Assembly: GCA_964035545.1 (NCBI GenBank)
Contig: OZ037769.1
Span: 14,290,633 to 14,354,632, forward strand
Reading direction: 5' to 3'
Origin: Bugula neritina
Lineage: Eukaryota > Animalia > Bryozoa
DNA length: 64,000 nt
Of this stretch, positions 1-15,200 are shown in pieces. The notes under the pieces are model-generated. The model saw only the letters and a program-made list of their open reading frames with translations, ran no database searches and was not told where the DNA came from. Within the stretch, counting starts at the first letter, position 1. Every line of letters starts with the position of its first letter. The translations under genes and the position numbers were made by a program.

Positions 1-514
1 ATAATTATGAGAATATATGTTTAATAAATCAATTATAGTTGTATACTTTATCTGCCACTACTTCTCAATCTCTTATGATATTTAATCAATCTAATTCCCT
101 TGTGCATGTCTAACTGCTTGGCATATAGTGCAAATCAAATCAAAAATTGTTTTTTGCCTGCTTCAAATATGCTGAGAGTTTAGTATGTGTTTCTCGTGGT
201 GTTATATGGGGGATGTCGAAATAAATAGTTTTAGGCTGAAAAGTCAAAACCCTAGCTTTTATTTTTTGCATGTATAGGGAACATTAACAGATCCAGTAAA
301 ATTTGCAGCAACTTTTAACAAAAAGAAAGCTTTCTTCTAACATTTCTTTGAGCTTTTAAATCAGTCGATCAACAATCCTTGAACATCAGGGCCAACCAAC
401 CAATTTTATAATCTTGTTTAAACAATGTTTGGCAACTAAAATAATACTATCTATTTCATCAAACTGTGTTCTATGTTATATTATATTAAAAAATTAGAAT
501 CTGTATTCTCTCAG

Positions 515-3500
515 CCAGATTCAACACAGAAGACTGGTTGGTGACTTCCAGGAAGACAGGAATAACGTACAACAACATCTACTGCGCCATCTGTCACGGT
601 GAGCTAGCCTCAGATCCAAAGAGTCTTGGGGGAAGGGTGCCAGACGTCCAGTTCTGGTGGCTCAGAATTAATTGTGAGAAAAGTATGGCTGAACAAGTAA
701 CAAAGAAGTATAAGAACAATATTCTATCAACTTTGATATCATTGATTAACAGCAAGTAAGTTGTCACTTCAACTATAGAACAAGCAATTAGTATTATCTA
801 TTACAATGATTATGTTTATTTATTTATACATTTTAGGCTACTTTCGTGGTCTCAATTGGAGGTTCACAAAAGTACACTGACTTTTTTTGCAATTTCAAAT
901 TTGCTGACAAAAAATTGCTTAAAATTAGTTTTTAGCGGGTTATAGTTTGTAAAAAGTCAATACTGATTTGTAAAGAAAAGTGTAAAATTGCTCATTAATA
1001 ATAATTATTCTATTTGCATAAATAAATAAATAGCAGATCTGGTTTGAATTCAATTTATTTTATGGTGGCATATCGATCTCTGATAGTTCAAATTTTCACT
1101 TCAATATATTTTTTGCTGTACCAGATATTTAAAGCCATTTATTCCAAACATATAAGTAGATTAGTGCTCCCAAGTGATGCGCCTCCTTAACAATTATACT
1201 ATGGATATTCCTATGAGACAGTTAGTGTACTTTATCTTGTTCTTCTACGATTACAGTATTGTAATTTTATAATATTATTATATCAGATGAATATTAACTA
1301 ATTCTTCTATCAGTAAAGCTCACATAATAATTTTTACCAAACTCTTGATTTTGAGCCACCATGCAGTGATTAAATGATGATGTATAGGTAACCTATGAAA
1401 TGATACAAGAAGCACAACATTTTCTTAGCCCATGAAAATGGGTTGGTACCATCTACATAATCTCGAATAATCAGAATGCAATATTTTTATATTGATTTAA
1501 TTACACATAAAATGTGGTAATGAACAATTATGATACTATATATAAAATATTGATGAATAAAGCACTTATGTTGTTGGTATAGTAACAGTGGTACAGTAAA
1601 AGATTTTATTGCTGAGTAATTTCACGTAATCAATAATTAGACTGACCCCTGTAGTATATTGTAATTATAAAGTTGGCGGTTGCTCGAAGAGTTATCATAA
1701 CTTCCCTATCTCTGCTCACTTATATCAACAAAAGAGAAGACAAAAATAATACAACGTATTCAACTGTTGTAAATTGGTAACTTCAAAGTATAGCAACTAT
1801 AGATCACTCTGTAATTTAAGATGTACTCTTGGCCAATTGCAAATCAAATACTTTTCTCATATAAACAAACCTTTTAGCTGTAAATTAATTAATTAAACAC
1901 AATAATAATTAAAACTACAATTAAGTTTTACAAGTATTGACCAACTAATAAAATAGTCTAGAGTCTAGACTTTGCTTCTTTGTTTTTGTTTCTTTATCAA
2001 GATACGTACTCCCTAATGATATTATACAATGTAGAAGAACTAGGGCTAAATAGCTAATAACATAATTTTTTGTAGCCCAATTACAGCTCAAAAATTCAAT
2101 ACTGTAACTGGCATTTGTATAGCTTCCACTATTTTAGTCAATATTAATATACTTCATAATAATATCAGTGTTTATAGGTTAGCGGAACATATACTGTTAT
2201 GTTTATATATGTTGTACCTTGGCTTTTTCTTGTTATCTAAACTACAACGCTTAGGCAAGTTATTGCTGAAGAAATAATAATGTCATAATATTTTATGAAG
2301 AAGTTTTCAATGCAGGTTTTCACATACAACACATTAAGGAGTTGCCTTCTCACATACATAGATATTCTATTATTAGCACGTCATGCAACTGGAGGTACCT
2401 GCCAGGTGTAAGCTATAGCAGTCTGCACCAGTGTACACCTGCAGTAAGGAACTGTCCACCAGATTCCAGTCAAGAGCTCGAGGAGTTGTGTGAGAATTCA
2501 CCTCCAGATTATAGAGAGGGAAACAATGGGAAAACATATCGGAACAAGTTCTGTCAGTTGTGTAACGGACTAAACGCCTCAATATACTGTAAGTAAGAAA
2601 TACTAATTTGAATGACATTAGAAACTGCTCAGCTGCAAGCTTGTTTTGTTTTGCTAAATTGCAAAATGTGGAATCTTTTATATGTTTTATAACTATTAGC
2701 TGAAACAATTTTTATAGTTCTGATAATTTTGTTGACACAGGATAAAGAAAGTCTCTCTTCCGTAAGAAAAACAATAAAGTTATCTCCCGTGTAACCTTAG
2801 TTCTTTCACATGACTGCTCTGTGGTTGTTGCCTATAACTTGTAATAATTTAGCTTGAGGTCACGCTATGGCCAGCAGAGAGCTGCATCTATCTGTATCGT
2901 TTGTACCTACACGTTACTTTGAGCGAGTACGTTGCCGCGTGCTTTATTCAGTGCTATGTATTTCAGCATCACAGCTTTCTCATCTTATGCAACAGCTGTT
3001 AGCATAGATTTAAAAATTTTGGCTCAAACTTTAGAATACAATTGCAATTGTGGTTCAAGCAACTTAGAATGCTTTTAAAACAAATGTAACTTTATTTAAA
3101 AAGACAATAATGTGAAAGCTTGGCAAATTTTAATTCAGAATGTCATTATTGTTATAGCTGTTGATATGTACTATAAAATTACTAATTATAGTTTTTAATT
3201 CAAGCTTAAATGTCTTTGTTTAGAAAAAAAAATATATATATATCCTAGGAGAATGCCAATGGATAATTTTCAATTGTCCTAGGAGAAATGGCAATCAGCA
3301 TCTCTCCTAGCATCTCTCAGCCTTATTACTAAGAGAATTGCTGGTCTAACTAAGACAATTTTTGATTTCCCTAGGGGTAATAGCAATCAACAACTCTCCT
3401 AGGAGAAATGCCAATTGGCATCTCTCCTAGCACCTTTTGGCCTTATTGCTAGGGGAATTGCCAATCTTACTAGGAATATTTTCAATTTTCCTAGTACGGA

Positions 3501-6500
3501 TGCTAATTAAAACTTCTTCTAGAGAAGATGACAATTGCGATTTTACTAGTACAGAGATTGCAAATAGCATATTTTCTAACATATTTTTATGATTGGCAAC
3601 TCTACCAGAAATGTTAACAACATGGAAATAAACCTTATTTTTCTTTTAATGTTCTTTATAGTAGCTGTGACAGCACGAATACTTATGCTCAGGAAACAAA
3701 TGCTACATGCTAACTCAGATTATTACTCGTTGTCAGCAGTCTATATTTTCATGTCGAGTGGTTTTTGCCAAGCACAAAGTACTGCAACATATAATCATCC
3801 GTTGTGTAACTGTAAAACACCACATCAAATATTTCACTGGCTCTAAGATTATTAAACAACTGTATAATAAACAAAGCAGACTCCTTTATATCTTTTATGT
3901 ATTCTGTCTATGTTTTGGTTTGTTTTAGCCCAGCCAAGTCCAAAAAGTACCAACAAAGAAGGTAAGTTAAAATGATGAATTTCTAATATATTTTTGCAAT
4001 TAGGTTACTCAAGCAGCTACAGCTTTCTTTTTCAGTTAATCTTTACTGGTTTAAATAATAAGCTAAGATTTTTTTCGTGACAATTTCTCTCATATTAAAA
4101 TGTCATTCATTGATGTTACTCAGTCTTTTGCAAGGTACTATAAAAGCTATAATTAGTAAGTTATCTAATACTGATTTATTATCATATTATTGTCTTAATA
4201 TGGAATACTTTAATATACATTATGTCCTTATGATGTATTACAGTCACTACATAGTTCATGCAATAGATAAAATGCGACTTCTTTAAAAAGTTACTAATGC
4301 TTGTATTAATTATTACAGAAACTCAAAGTGGTGTCACAGTACTGCAGCTAAAGCCTGTGGTCCAGAAAGAAGATAAATCTAAATTTTCCAGTCGAAATTA
4401 TGTCACAGAGTTGTCTAACTTCACCTACACTTTGGAATCTTTACCGAACAACCCTGATGAACGTTACACAATACCAATGAGCTCCAACACATCTGCAGAC
4501 AGCTACTGGCATCTTGGCAGCATATTATGTAACAGCTCTTACCCCGATGTGTGTAATCATTTTATTAAGGTGCCTCTATCACACTGCTCTGGCCCAGGCT
4601 GTGGTGTAGGAAAATGGCAAGACGTGAATGGCCAGTGTTTTGATATAAATGACTACAGCTATGACTCATCTATTAGAAAGAATATGACCTTCATCTGGCC
4701 TCAGTCGTTGTATGGGAAGCACTACAGCTCCTGCAGTACTTCACCTTATTTAATCAAATACAATATCAACTGTCAGTAAGTGGCTTTATATAGTATATAC
4801 CATCTTAACTGTCCTATGCTTTTTTGCATGTTTCATGGACATATATTATAAAGCTTCCTTGTAAGTCTTGTTATATAATTTGCACTGTGTTGAATATAAA
4901 ATATTACATTTTGATAAAAGGCATCAGGGAAAAAGTCATGGAACTCATTAAATACAATGTCAAGTGCTAATAATTAAAATAAAATAGCTCAATATGCACT
5001 CTAAGAAAAAGCTCTGCCACCAGGCTTTATAAGCTGCAAGCTGTATTTATGTAATTGTAGCACAATTTATTGAAATCTATTTTAGTTGATTCACAAAGCA
5101 GTAAAATATTCTTCTTCTTTATTTATAATAAGCTAATAAGATGTCTTACAGGTGTGATAGCAGATGCCACTTCTTTGACGAATGCTGCGCTGACACGCCA
5201 CAAACAGCAGCTAAAGTCAGCCTGCTAAACTATTCCTGCGTTGAGTACATAGAGAACGAAGTGGGTATAGGTTATGCTGTGGTGAGTGATTGTCCAGCAG
5301 CAACAGATGAAATGTATGCTAGGCTGTGTAGACAAGGAGTTATCAACTCTTGGAGCCCTTTAGCCTGGCCTGTGGATGACTCTTCAACACAGATAAGGTA
5401 ATTATTAAAATTTTAATTGAAAACAAACAGCTTGAATTAATTTTAAAATTATTTTTATCTTCTCATGCATGTGTATAGAATAAGTTTCTAATAATTAAAA
5501 TTGATGCTGATTATATGGTAAGTACTTTTTGTTTATTTGGTTTATTTGGCTTATATTTGGTTAAATTTAGGCTAATTACCAAACATCTAACACTTAACAA
5601 CCACCACAAACGTCATTTTGAGTGTCAACAAAGTTTTAAAATAGACATAAATTGATTCTTTATAGTTACTTAGATATATAGGTTTAAATTTAGTCAAATT
5701 CAGCCATAAGTTTTGTTTATGTCAATAAGAATAAATTTAATCTAACAATATTTTGGAAATTCAAAACTTTACAACAACACCTTATAGTTTGTACTTTTTT
5801 AAGTTTATCAACAAAGCATCAATATTGTTGAAATGTTGAAGTTGTATTCCGAGTGAAGCTATTTAATATTTATGGTTAATTCAATTTATTCAGAGTGTTG
5901 TGTTTATTTTCAGTCACTTTATTGCATTTAGAATATGACGTATTGTTGGTAGCTACAAGAACCTATATTGCGCCCTGTGTAATGACGTAGCACTGTCAGC
6001 TATAAAGTTTTGGGATGTGCTTATAGACTGTGAGTGGACAGAAACTGCTGATCGAGTAAATAATTCATGGTATGATAACTCCCAATATAGACTCTGTTTG
6101 CTTACTTTGCTTAGAAGTCTCATGAGGAATTTCAAGTAAAACCACTATAAAAATTAAACTTAATCACTATAATAAGCATTAATGAAATAATTTTTAAATT
6201 TGGCTGAAAATAGTAAAATTTTATAATTTTAAAGTAATGGTAGCAATTTAATTATCATGACTATTTTTGTGTATATTAAATATGAGAAAGGAAAATAGCT
6301 AAATACTTTTTAACCTCTTCTGTAAGTAAATTGCAGTAGTAGCTATTTATAACATAATATTGCAGATGTTATAAACAACATTAAATATAAGCAAATTCAA
6401 CTAAAACCTTATGGAGTTTCCATCTTGCATTACTTTAATTCAATGATACTAAAAGTTTACAAAGACAAACCAAACAAATTATTTTTCATTTTTTATTATA

Positions 6501-9017
6501 CAAAAGATAACTTGAGTAGTAGAATAGCAAATAAACTACAGGTGATGTGAAGAATAAAAGTGTAGCAAATGACTGCATGATTTAATTTTTGACCAAGATA
6601 AATAAATAATAGCATTTGGCTAATTGATTTTTTGCAATCTGCTATTTTATAATGTCAAGACTTTGTTTCATATGTGAATGAGTAAGCTGCTTTGACAATG
6701 AAATCTATTTGTAAACTAACAGACGCTTAATCATACTTAATAAGTAACTGAGAATTGAATTTTGGAGTTCAATAATTATGAATTACCATATGCTAGAAAA
6801 GCCTCGTTTAGCCATATATATATTAGGGAATACATATACCAGTTTCATGGTTTGCGAGATGCGTATTGCATTATGTCTGTAACTATAGTAACCAGGATTT
6901 ACTTTTATACTCTACTTACAGGGGTAAATGCAGTTTTAGAAAGTTTGCACCAGCCCCTATGATTCAGCCATATTACTGTTTCCTAACTGGAATTGTCTCA
7001 TCTTGCCCGGCCTACTTTGATGACTGGAAGCTCAGAAGTGACTGCGAGGAAAGCCCGTCTGCTTGGGTCTACCACACAAATGGTGTCTACAGAAATGCCT
7101 TCTGCGCCATTTGTAACCTTGGTGACGATATTCTTTCTGCTCAAGTGGAAGGGGTGCCCGGAAAGGGCCTCCTACAGAGTAACTATACCTACAGAATTCA
7201 GGATATTATCTATGACTACGAATGGGACAGGCCAACCACTATTAGTAACACGTTAACAACTGTAGTCAGACTTAACGCCAACACTCGTGAATGTTGCATC
7301 AGCACTACATGTTACAACATCACATACTTCTCTACCTGGAGCACCATACCTACTGGAAATGCCCACTTGTGGTTACCATTCAACACCAGTTATACCAATG
7401 AAAGTAGTCTGCTTCATACTTTCGTGGAAACTGTTGATATATCAAATCTTTGTCTTGGTATAGGAGAGCCATTTGGGATTCCCATAGGAGCTGCAGTTGG
7501 AGGTCAAGTAAACTTCAGCCCTGATTCTGATAGTCAGGAGCTTTCTTACATACAATACTTCCTGAGTCCCATTCCAAGTTCATACGGCCGTTCAACCACT
7601 GCTCCAAGGTGGAGCCAACTCCAAGATAGCTCTAAGATCTGCCCAGATGGAAGTCTCCTCAATTCCGTAACTAACCAAACATACACTGACTTCCAGCTCT
7701 TCTCTGCTCAGGTTCTGGTAAGATTGCTAGCCAACTTAGACAGCAAACATTGCATTTAGTCCATATACTTTTGAATGCAACGTACACTGTTACCGGTGCT
7801 GCTACTGCTACTGATTTTGACTGCATAAACTTGATTACTGCTGCCATCACTGTTGCTACTGTTGCTGCGCTTTATTGGTGCTGCAGTCAAATATTTGAAA
7901 TAACATTGCAGGCATTAGCCTGCACTAACTTCATAACAGTGGCACTATATTATTATTATTATTATTCTTATTGTGCATCACCCTGTGCTAATAATTGATG
8001 CATTAACGCAAATTTGCATTAATACAATAATAGCAACAATGTATGTACTTGTACATAAGCTAAAATCATATTTTTACTGAAAATGTTATTTTATTGCAGG
8101 TAAAAGAGTCAATACAATTACAGACCTACAACTACGTGCTGATCAGTCTGTCAGTAGGGTCCATATTGACTTACATAGTCTGGATATGCTACAGGGTTAC
8201 CAGAATTAAATTCGCTACTTTGGTTACTTTATCAATTTTAGTGACATTCCTTGGGTCTACACTATGTTATGCCTTATCCACAGTTCCAGCGGGTAAGGAT
8301 TACGTAGGATGTGAGGCTATATCAGCTTTATACCAGTTCTTCTTCCTCTCTAGCATAGCATGGACAAATTCTTTAGCTGGAGACATAACTGTAACTATTT
8401 TTAGCTATCGAGTGCAATCGAAATCTTTAAAAAGATACTTCAAGTTTGCCGTTTACGGGTTTGGTTTTCCGTTACTGCTTACACTAATCACAGTGTTGCT
8501 GTCAGAGGGACAAAAAGCAGAGCGAGTACTTATGTTTGCAGAAAGAGTTTATCGGCAAGAAGATATCTGTTTCCTCCAAGAAGTTATTATCGTATATTCA
8601 ATGTTCTTAGGCCCAATCTACTTCCTGATACTCGTCAACATCATCCTGTGTGTTTTAGCGATTCAAAAGATCATGCGAAGCGGTAATATATCAAACAGCG
8701 ACAAGAATAAGTTCAAGAAAAAGATCATTAGTTGTTTTAAACTTTCATTATGTTTGGGTTTGGGATGGATATTTCTCTTCGGAGCTTTGGTGACGCCTAG
8801 TTTATGGCTCGCCTTGCAAATATTTGTTGAGAGCCAAGGCATGCTGGTTGTATTGGGAGACATTATTAACTGGAACTGTATAAATAGACTGGGATCCACA
8901 GTTTCAAGCCGATTCTCAAAAACAAACATTTCAACTATGACTAAATCATCAACAAAGACTACGGGATCTACAGGGTCCAACTCTCAACGCTCCCAGAAAC
9001 CACAAGCTTCCACTTGA
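515..9017 (+). CDS. Class B (secretin/adhesion/Methuselah-like) GPCR with somatomedin-B and Cys-rich extracellular modules; 5' end lies upstream of the window
   Basis: Phase-consistent GT-AG exons: ~515-755 (acceptor ambiguous, 515 or 519), 2377-2588, 3929-3961 (33-nt microexon), 4319-4775, 5152-5397, 5953-6135, 6922-7717, 8100-9017. SMB-like motif C-Q-C-D-S-R-C-H-F-F-D-E-C-C-A-D spans the 4775/5152 junction. There are four YxNx(F/Y)CxxC(N/H) motifs. The last exon encodes seven hydrophobic helices with class B-like signatures (TM3 C..YQFFFLSSIAW, TM4 YGFGFP, TM5 FLGPI..N, TM6 LGLGWIF, TM7 SQG). Confidence 0.88.
3243..3610. repeat. Degenerate minisatellite/foldback repeat of CTAGGAGA..TCTCCTAG palindromic units in a GPCR intron
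   Basis: Recurrent CTAGGAGAAATG(G/C)CAAT...CATCTCTCCTAG units with a roughly 120-bp higher-order period (e.g. 3279 vs 3399). Confidence 0.6.
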
Positions 9018-9257
9018 CTGGTTTTAAACTAAATTAAGTTCACGTTCCATACTATATACTACAGTATTATTTTCACATTTTATTATTTATTCATGCGGTA
9101 TTTTTAAAAACTTAATGAGTGACCCGGTTTGTCTGTAAAAATTGACCATACATTCAAAATTTTATATAGACTAATATGATATATAGATAATATATGTATT
9201 ATATTATATGTAATTTTGTTGTATAATTTGTGTATATATGTGCTATATATATATGTG

Positions 9258-9790
<533 letters not shown>

Positions 9791-11979
9791 TACATACATA
9801 GGTATATTTTTTCTATTATATTACATATGTAATATTATATTCTGTGCTATATATTATCTTATACCATATATATATTTCTAATTATTGAATAATATATTAT
9901 GTTTGATTTTATTCCATTATATTACATTACATTATATTATTATATTGTGTTATAAAATGTTTTATTTTTTGCTAGTATCAATTTAAGCTATAAAACTGGT
10001 GAGGAAAATAGAATTCGTAAGTATTACTTGAACTAAATTTGGAGTTATTTCCTTTTTAGTAGTTTTTTTATAAATATTTTTATGCAGTCAATAAACATTC
10101 AACTAGTTTTCATGTATTATATAATTCACATTGTGGAGCTTTCCCAAATTTAATTATATTATGATGCATCAAAATGCAAATTACTAATTATTTTGTCAAA
10201 AATTAAAAATACATAGTGTATTCATTTTTTATTCTGCTGCAGGGCAAACATGAATGAATTTAAATTGATCTCTCTTTAGAGACTTTTGGGTTTTATTTCA
10301 CTTGCATTTTGTGGAACATTTCAGAAAAACCAAATACTGAAGTTATAGTCGTAATGTAATGTTGCTTAGCACAAAAAATATTCTGATAAATGGGAGTAAT
10401 CTTCTCTATCCGAGAGCTACATACAATAATTATGCAAATCGGAGTTGCTGTCTCTAATTTAAGTGGCTAAATGAAAACTGATTTACTCTCACTTACAATT
10501 GCTTCTCAACTTGTTTAATAGGGAACAATACAATGAACATTACTACATGGGTATAGCAGCACCAAATGTTTGTTTTAGTTTCAATTATTGAGAGCTAACA
10601 AAATAATGATTGTTATTTTTGAAGCGAGTCTTACAATGTTATGTACAGATAACTCTCAGCGAAGACGTCTTTGGTTAAAATAATTAATAATTTTGTAGAT
10701 CCGTACATTATGCCAAATATTGAAACTTTTGTAACCTTATTGTAAGCTTACAGTCTGCTTCCTATAATATATCAGTCTTGGTGTTTAGTAGTTATACTGT
10801 GGTTTTTCTAACCCATTGGGTAGTATTAAAAACTAAACTTTGCCATCATTAAACTCACATTAACTTAACCACCTCCAGTTTGATAAAATCTCTTTGTCTG
10901 GAAGACTGGCATATGCCTTACATAAGATGTGAGTTAATATTTAACTGAATATTACTGAACAGGTGTTTATAGTAGCCAACATTGATCCTGTTTCTCCAGG
11001 ATGTGTCCTGTGGTGGTAATCTAGACTGCAGTCTGAACTTAGCTCAATCCTGATTCATGTGATCTCATGCCAAGTCAGATCCTAGTGCTCAAGTATCAAC
11101 TAGTAATTACTCTGTTCAAAGTTACATTTTGTAATTTGTTTGTTGTTTGTTGTCCTACTGGTGTAGTAGCCAAAGTTCAAAGTGGTTGGAATGAAAATTG
11201 CGTTCAGTTCACTTAGCTTTAGATCCTAGTGCCACATAATGAAATAGGACTAAGGTTGCAACAGGTAAAACATGATTGAAGCTGTAATACAAGATCCCAG
11301 TCTTTAGCTAGTCCTCAGCTTACACTGTACAGTGGGAAAGCTGGGATTTTCCTAATGACTCATGATAACATTTTCATGTTGGCCGATTGTTAGGAAAGTA
11401 GTTTACTTATCAGAAAAATAGATTTAGCTGGGATGGCTAAACAATACAAATAAAATCTGCTTTGATATACATCCTATATCTTCGCCAATTAATTTTCAGT
11501 CTGTGGGTTAAAGCCTCTATAATATTTTATCGAATATGAAAAGCATATTTATATGCAATTTATTTCAAGTTTCACTTTAAATTGCTTGAAAAACTATAAA
11601 AGCCATTGCTGATCTCATGACCTGCATTATATGTTTAAAAGTTGATATAATCATCAGTTGTTGCTAAATAGGCTGTCTGTACATTTGATAAATGTCAAAA
11701 ATAACGTAACTTGTCCTTGATAATGTTATGTTGAAACACCAAAACAGCCTGCAGCCTACTCTCATGTACATTCAACATAAGTTCTACTAGTTGTAACTTG
11801 TCTGCATTACTCATTCAAAGAGTTGGCTTTAACTGAGAAGATGAATATTGTCAGGTGAATGCAGTAGGATGCTGTGTGTACTGTGTAGCGCCTAATGTAA
11901 ACTCAATAAAAGCTTCACAAAACAGAGCTTAACAGAAATAACGTTAAGTTATCCATGCATGACTAATTCTTTAATCGCT

Positions 11980-12200
11980 CTCAACTCACTCATAACTCCT
12001 CATAACTTCTTATAACTCACTCATAACTCACTCATAACTCCTTATAACTCACTCATAGCTTTTCATAACTCACTCATAACTCACTAAATTGACTCATTAT
12101 TGACTCGCCTATATATGACTAGTTTTAGAATCACTGGCCTAACTCACTCTCAACTCACCCATGAATCACTCATGACTCATTCTTGACTCATTCTGAAATC
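11980..12200. repeat. Degenerate (ACTCATA/ACTC)n low-complexity tandem repeat
   Basis: Repeated actcactcataactc units. Confidence 0.75.
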
Positions 12201-15200
12201 GCTGGTGATTCCCTTCTAATTAACTTACTCCTAAAATGTTGCAAAACACTTCAAAGCACAAGTCTATTAGGTGCCTGATTAACACTAAGCAATCGAATCC
12301 TAAAAAGAACCTGAATGTGTGCTTAGGTTTGGTATATACTTTTGGAAGCTTCGGTGCATCTAACAAGCTCATTTTAGTTTTAAAACTAGACTGCTAAATA
12401 TTTATTCTGAATACAAATACATAAATATGTCAATTTTACATAAAGCCATATGTTTTACATATAAATAAAGACTTCAGGAGATCACAACATATAATATCAG
12501 TCTATTGAGCCATCATTCTTGAGCATGAAATATACAGCAGCAGTTCTCAGATTAACTTTATTCCCTTCAGTTGTAATCCACACCACAAGCTTAAAGCTAC
12601 TGTAAACAATATTCAGCTTCACTATTTATACGCCATTTTGAAATTAGCCTGTGTAACAGTGCTATTGTTTTATGATTCAAATCAGGGTTTTAATTTTTAG
12701 ACTGGAGAATGACATGCAAAAAGAAGGAGCCCAAAATGTGGTTAAAACTGGGTTATGACTTGAAATTTGGGTTAGGAGCAAAAGAAGAGTAGAATGCTCA
12801 TGCCATTTCTGTAGTCCTCAAATATTCTAGGTATATATAATAATTTTTGAACAACCTGTTCTGTAAATTAAGGAGTAATAAATTGAAAACTACAGAAGAT
12901 ATCGCTGCTAATTAATGATGTCTAAGAGACAGTCTCATGAATATATCTTTGAAGTCAGCTAACAATTTGGACAGTTATGGCAGCAGTGTGAATAGAACTA
13001 TGCAACTATAAGTCAGCACTGTAGTCTTTGCTGCTTCTATTTCAAAGTCTTTGAATGCTGCTGCTGAAGCACATTCTATAAGTTATATTATATACTGCAC
13101 ATGCAACAACTGAAGAAAAGTATTATAGAGTTTTGACTCTAGTGTTATAATTACAACATTATATTGCATAGTCACTGCAAGCTCAGTTTCTCCAAATGTT
13201 AAATACTGGTATGAAAATTGTAATCTTGATCAATATTTTATGGCATAGTATTTTGGTTTTCAAAATGAACTATATTTATTTTGGCTTCTATGAAAATATT
13301 TTTTCATTTGCCAACAAATTTCAACAAATACAAGTTTTTAAAATTCTATCACTTCCAAGTTTTTTTTCTATAAATCGCATCACAGTAATTCTTTCAATTC
13401 TATTTTTTTGTTTCTAATATCCCTCATATAACATATATTTATTATTTTAGCAGATTGTTTACCCTTTTCAGCTACACATATAATGCTGTTTAAGTTCACA
13501 TTTTATTACTTTAGTACATATGTATATAATAGGTTTTACTTTTAAACTTGAAAATGAAGCATAATATATAAAAGTGCAGCTTTTTGAGACTCTGTGTTCA
13601 TAATTAGCAGCTATAAGCTAGTAAAAATTTGTATTTTAAAAAGAAGAATGCAATTTCACCTGCACTTGTTATACTTTGAATCACGGTATAATTTATTTCA
13701 CTCATAAATGATAAAAATTATAATATTGCTTAGTGTTATAACATTGCACAACTTACATGGAATAAAAACAAAAGTAATTTCATTAAATTAGGTTGTATAA
13801 GTGCAAATCATTCTTTCACAGTTATAATTGCAAAATATTTGTTGAAAAAGCAGTGTTTGAAAGGCTGACATTTGGCGCCAATTTGTTGCAGTATTGTGTA
13901 CTAGCCATGTTATAGTTCTAGTAATAATGGTTCACTTTAGGCTCCGCCTACTCTCTGGTCAACAATCTAGGGTTCACCCGTTTGTTGACCACAGGTTGAT
14001 GGTCTTAATCAGGTCATTACTACTCGATTTATTTCATCACAATGCCTTTTGTCCCCAGCTTCGTAATAAGAACCGACTAAAGAATCAAGGCTATATTCCT
14101 TATTCCGCCATTTTACTCAGCCATTTTGTTTGCAAGGCTAAAGGAAGAAGGTTGCATGTGACAGGGTACCGGCAAGCACCTGCATCAAGTGGAAGAGATG
14201 ATCAGGTAATTTAGTATGCTAATACTAGACTTAGAGAAAGCCTCAGGTGTTGCAAACACTTGTCATTAAGTTGTCAATTTATTTGTTCCAGCTTTTACTG
14301 TTAGAGACTGTGGATATTAAATAATTAATATTATTTCATTTGATAAAGAATGATATCAATTCTCAAAATATAGCAGAATCTTCTGTATTCAGAATTGTAT
14401 AGATCTTAAATCATAATAATATATTATGTGATACTATATTATTTAATAATATTATGCAATACATTTGTATGATTTACCATGAATGATGAATTTACTATAA
14501 TAATCCTTCAATTGTACATTAGTCATGTATTCATTATATTTATTGGATTCATTGCTTATTAATAATTCCTGCCCGGAAAGATTAAATATTACTTTTGCCA
14601 AATATTAAAACTATGCAACATGATTCAGTATAATACTAATTGTCTGCCATTTTTTACTTTAGGTCTTATTGGTGTATTTTTGCTTGAAAATTTGATGTAA
14701 TTTAATAATTTACAAAATAACTTTCTCTGTATAGGCTATAGTGTATTTGCTGTTTGTTATAACTGTGTATCACTGTATCAGTATGGTTCATATTTTACAG
14801 TAAAAATGTGTAAAATTAACATAAATTAAGATGTTCACATTTACTTTAACTTTTATTTTTAAACCTTCAAAGTCAATCTCAATCTGAACAAAATTGAAAT
14901 TTATTGACTATTTTATTATAATTGACATTTATAATTGTCTAATGCATGGCTATATAAGAAGCTCTCAAAGCTAATGCCTATCTATATCTTGCTAAAAAGA
15001 AATTAAAATTTATATTTTGATAACATTTGCTATAATTTAATGGTCCTTTTTGTCTAGAGGGTATATGTGAGGTCTAAGAATTTTAAAATTAATAATGTTG
15101 ATGGCTAGGTGTTGGATAAGTCATGCTCAAAGCTCATGCTCAAAAGCTCAAACTTCTATGAAATCTGTTTATTTTGAAAACACATTATATATTGTGCAAT

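Noticed and set aside
12701-12830. Exon-like segment (TTTTTAG..AG|GTATAT)
   Set aside because: Interrupted by stop codons, with no partner exons found.
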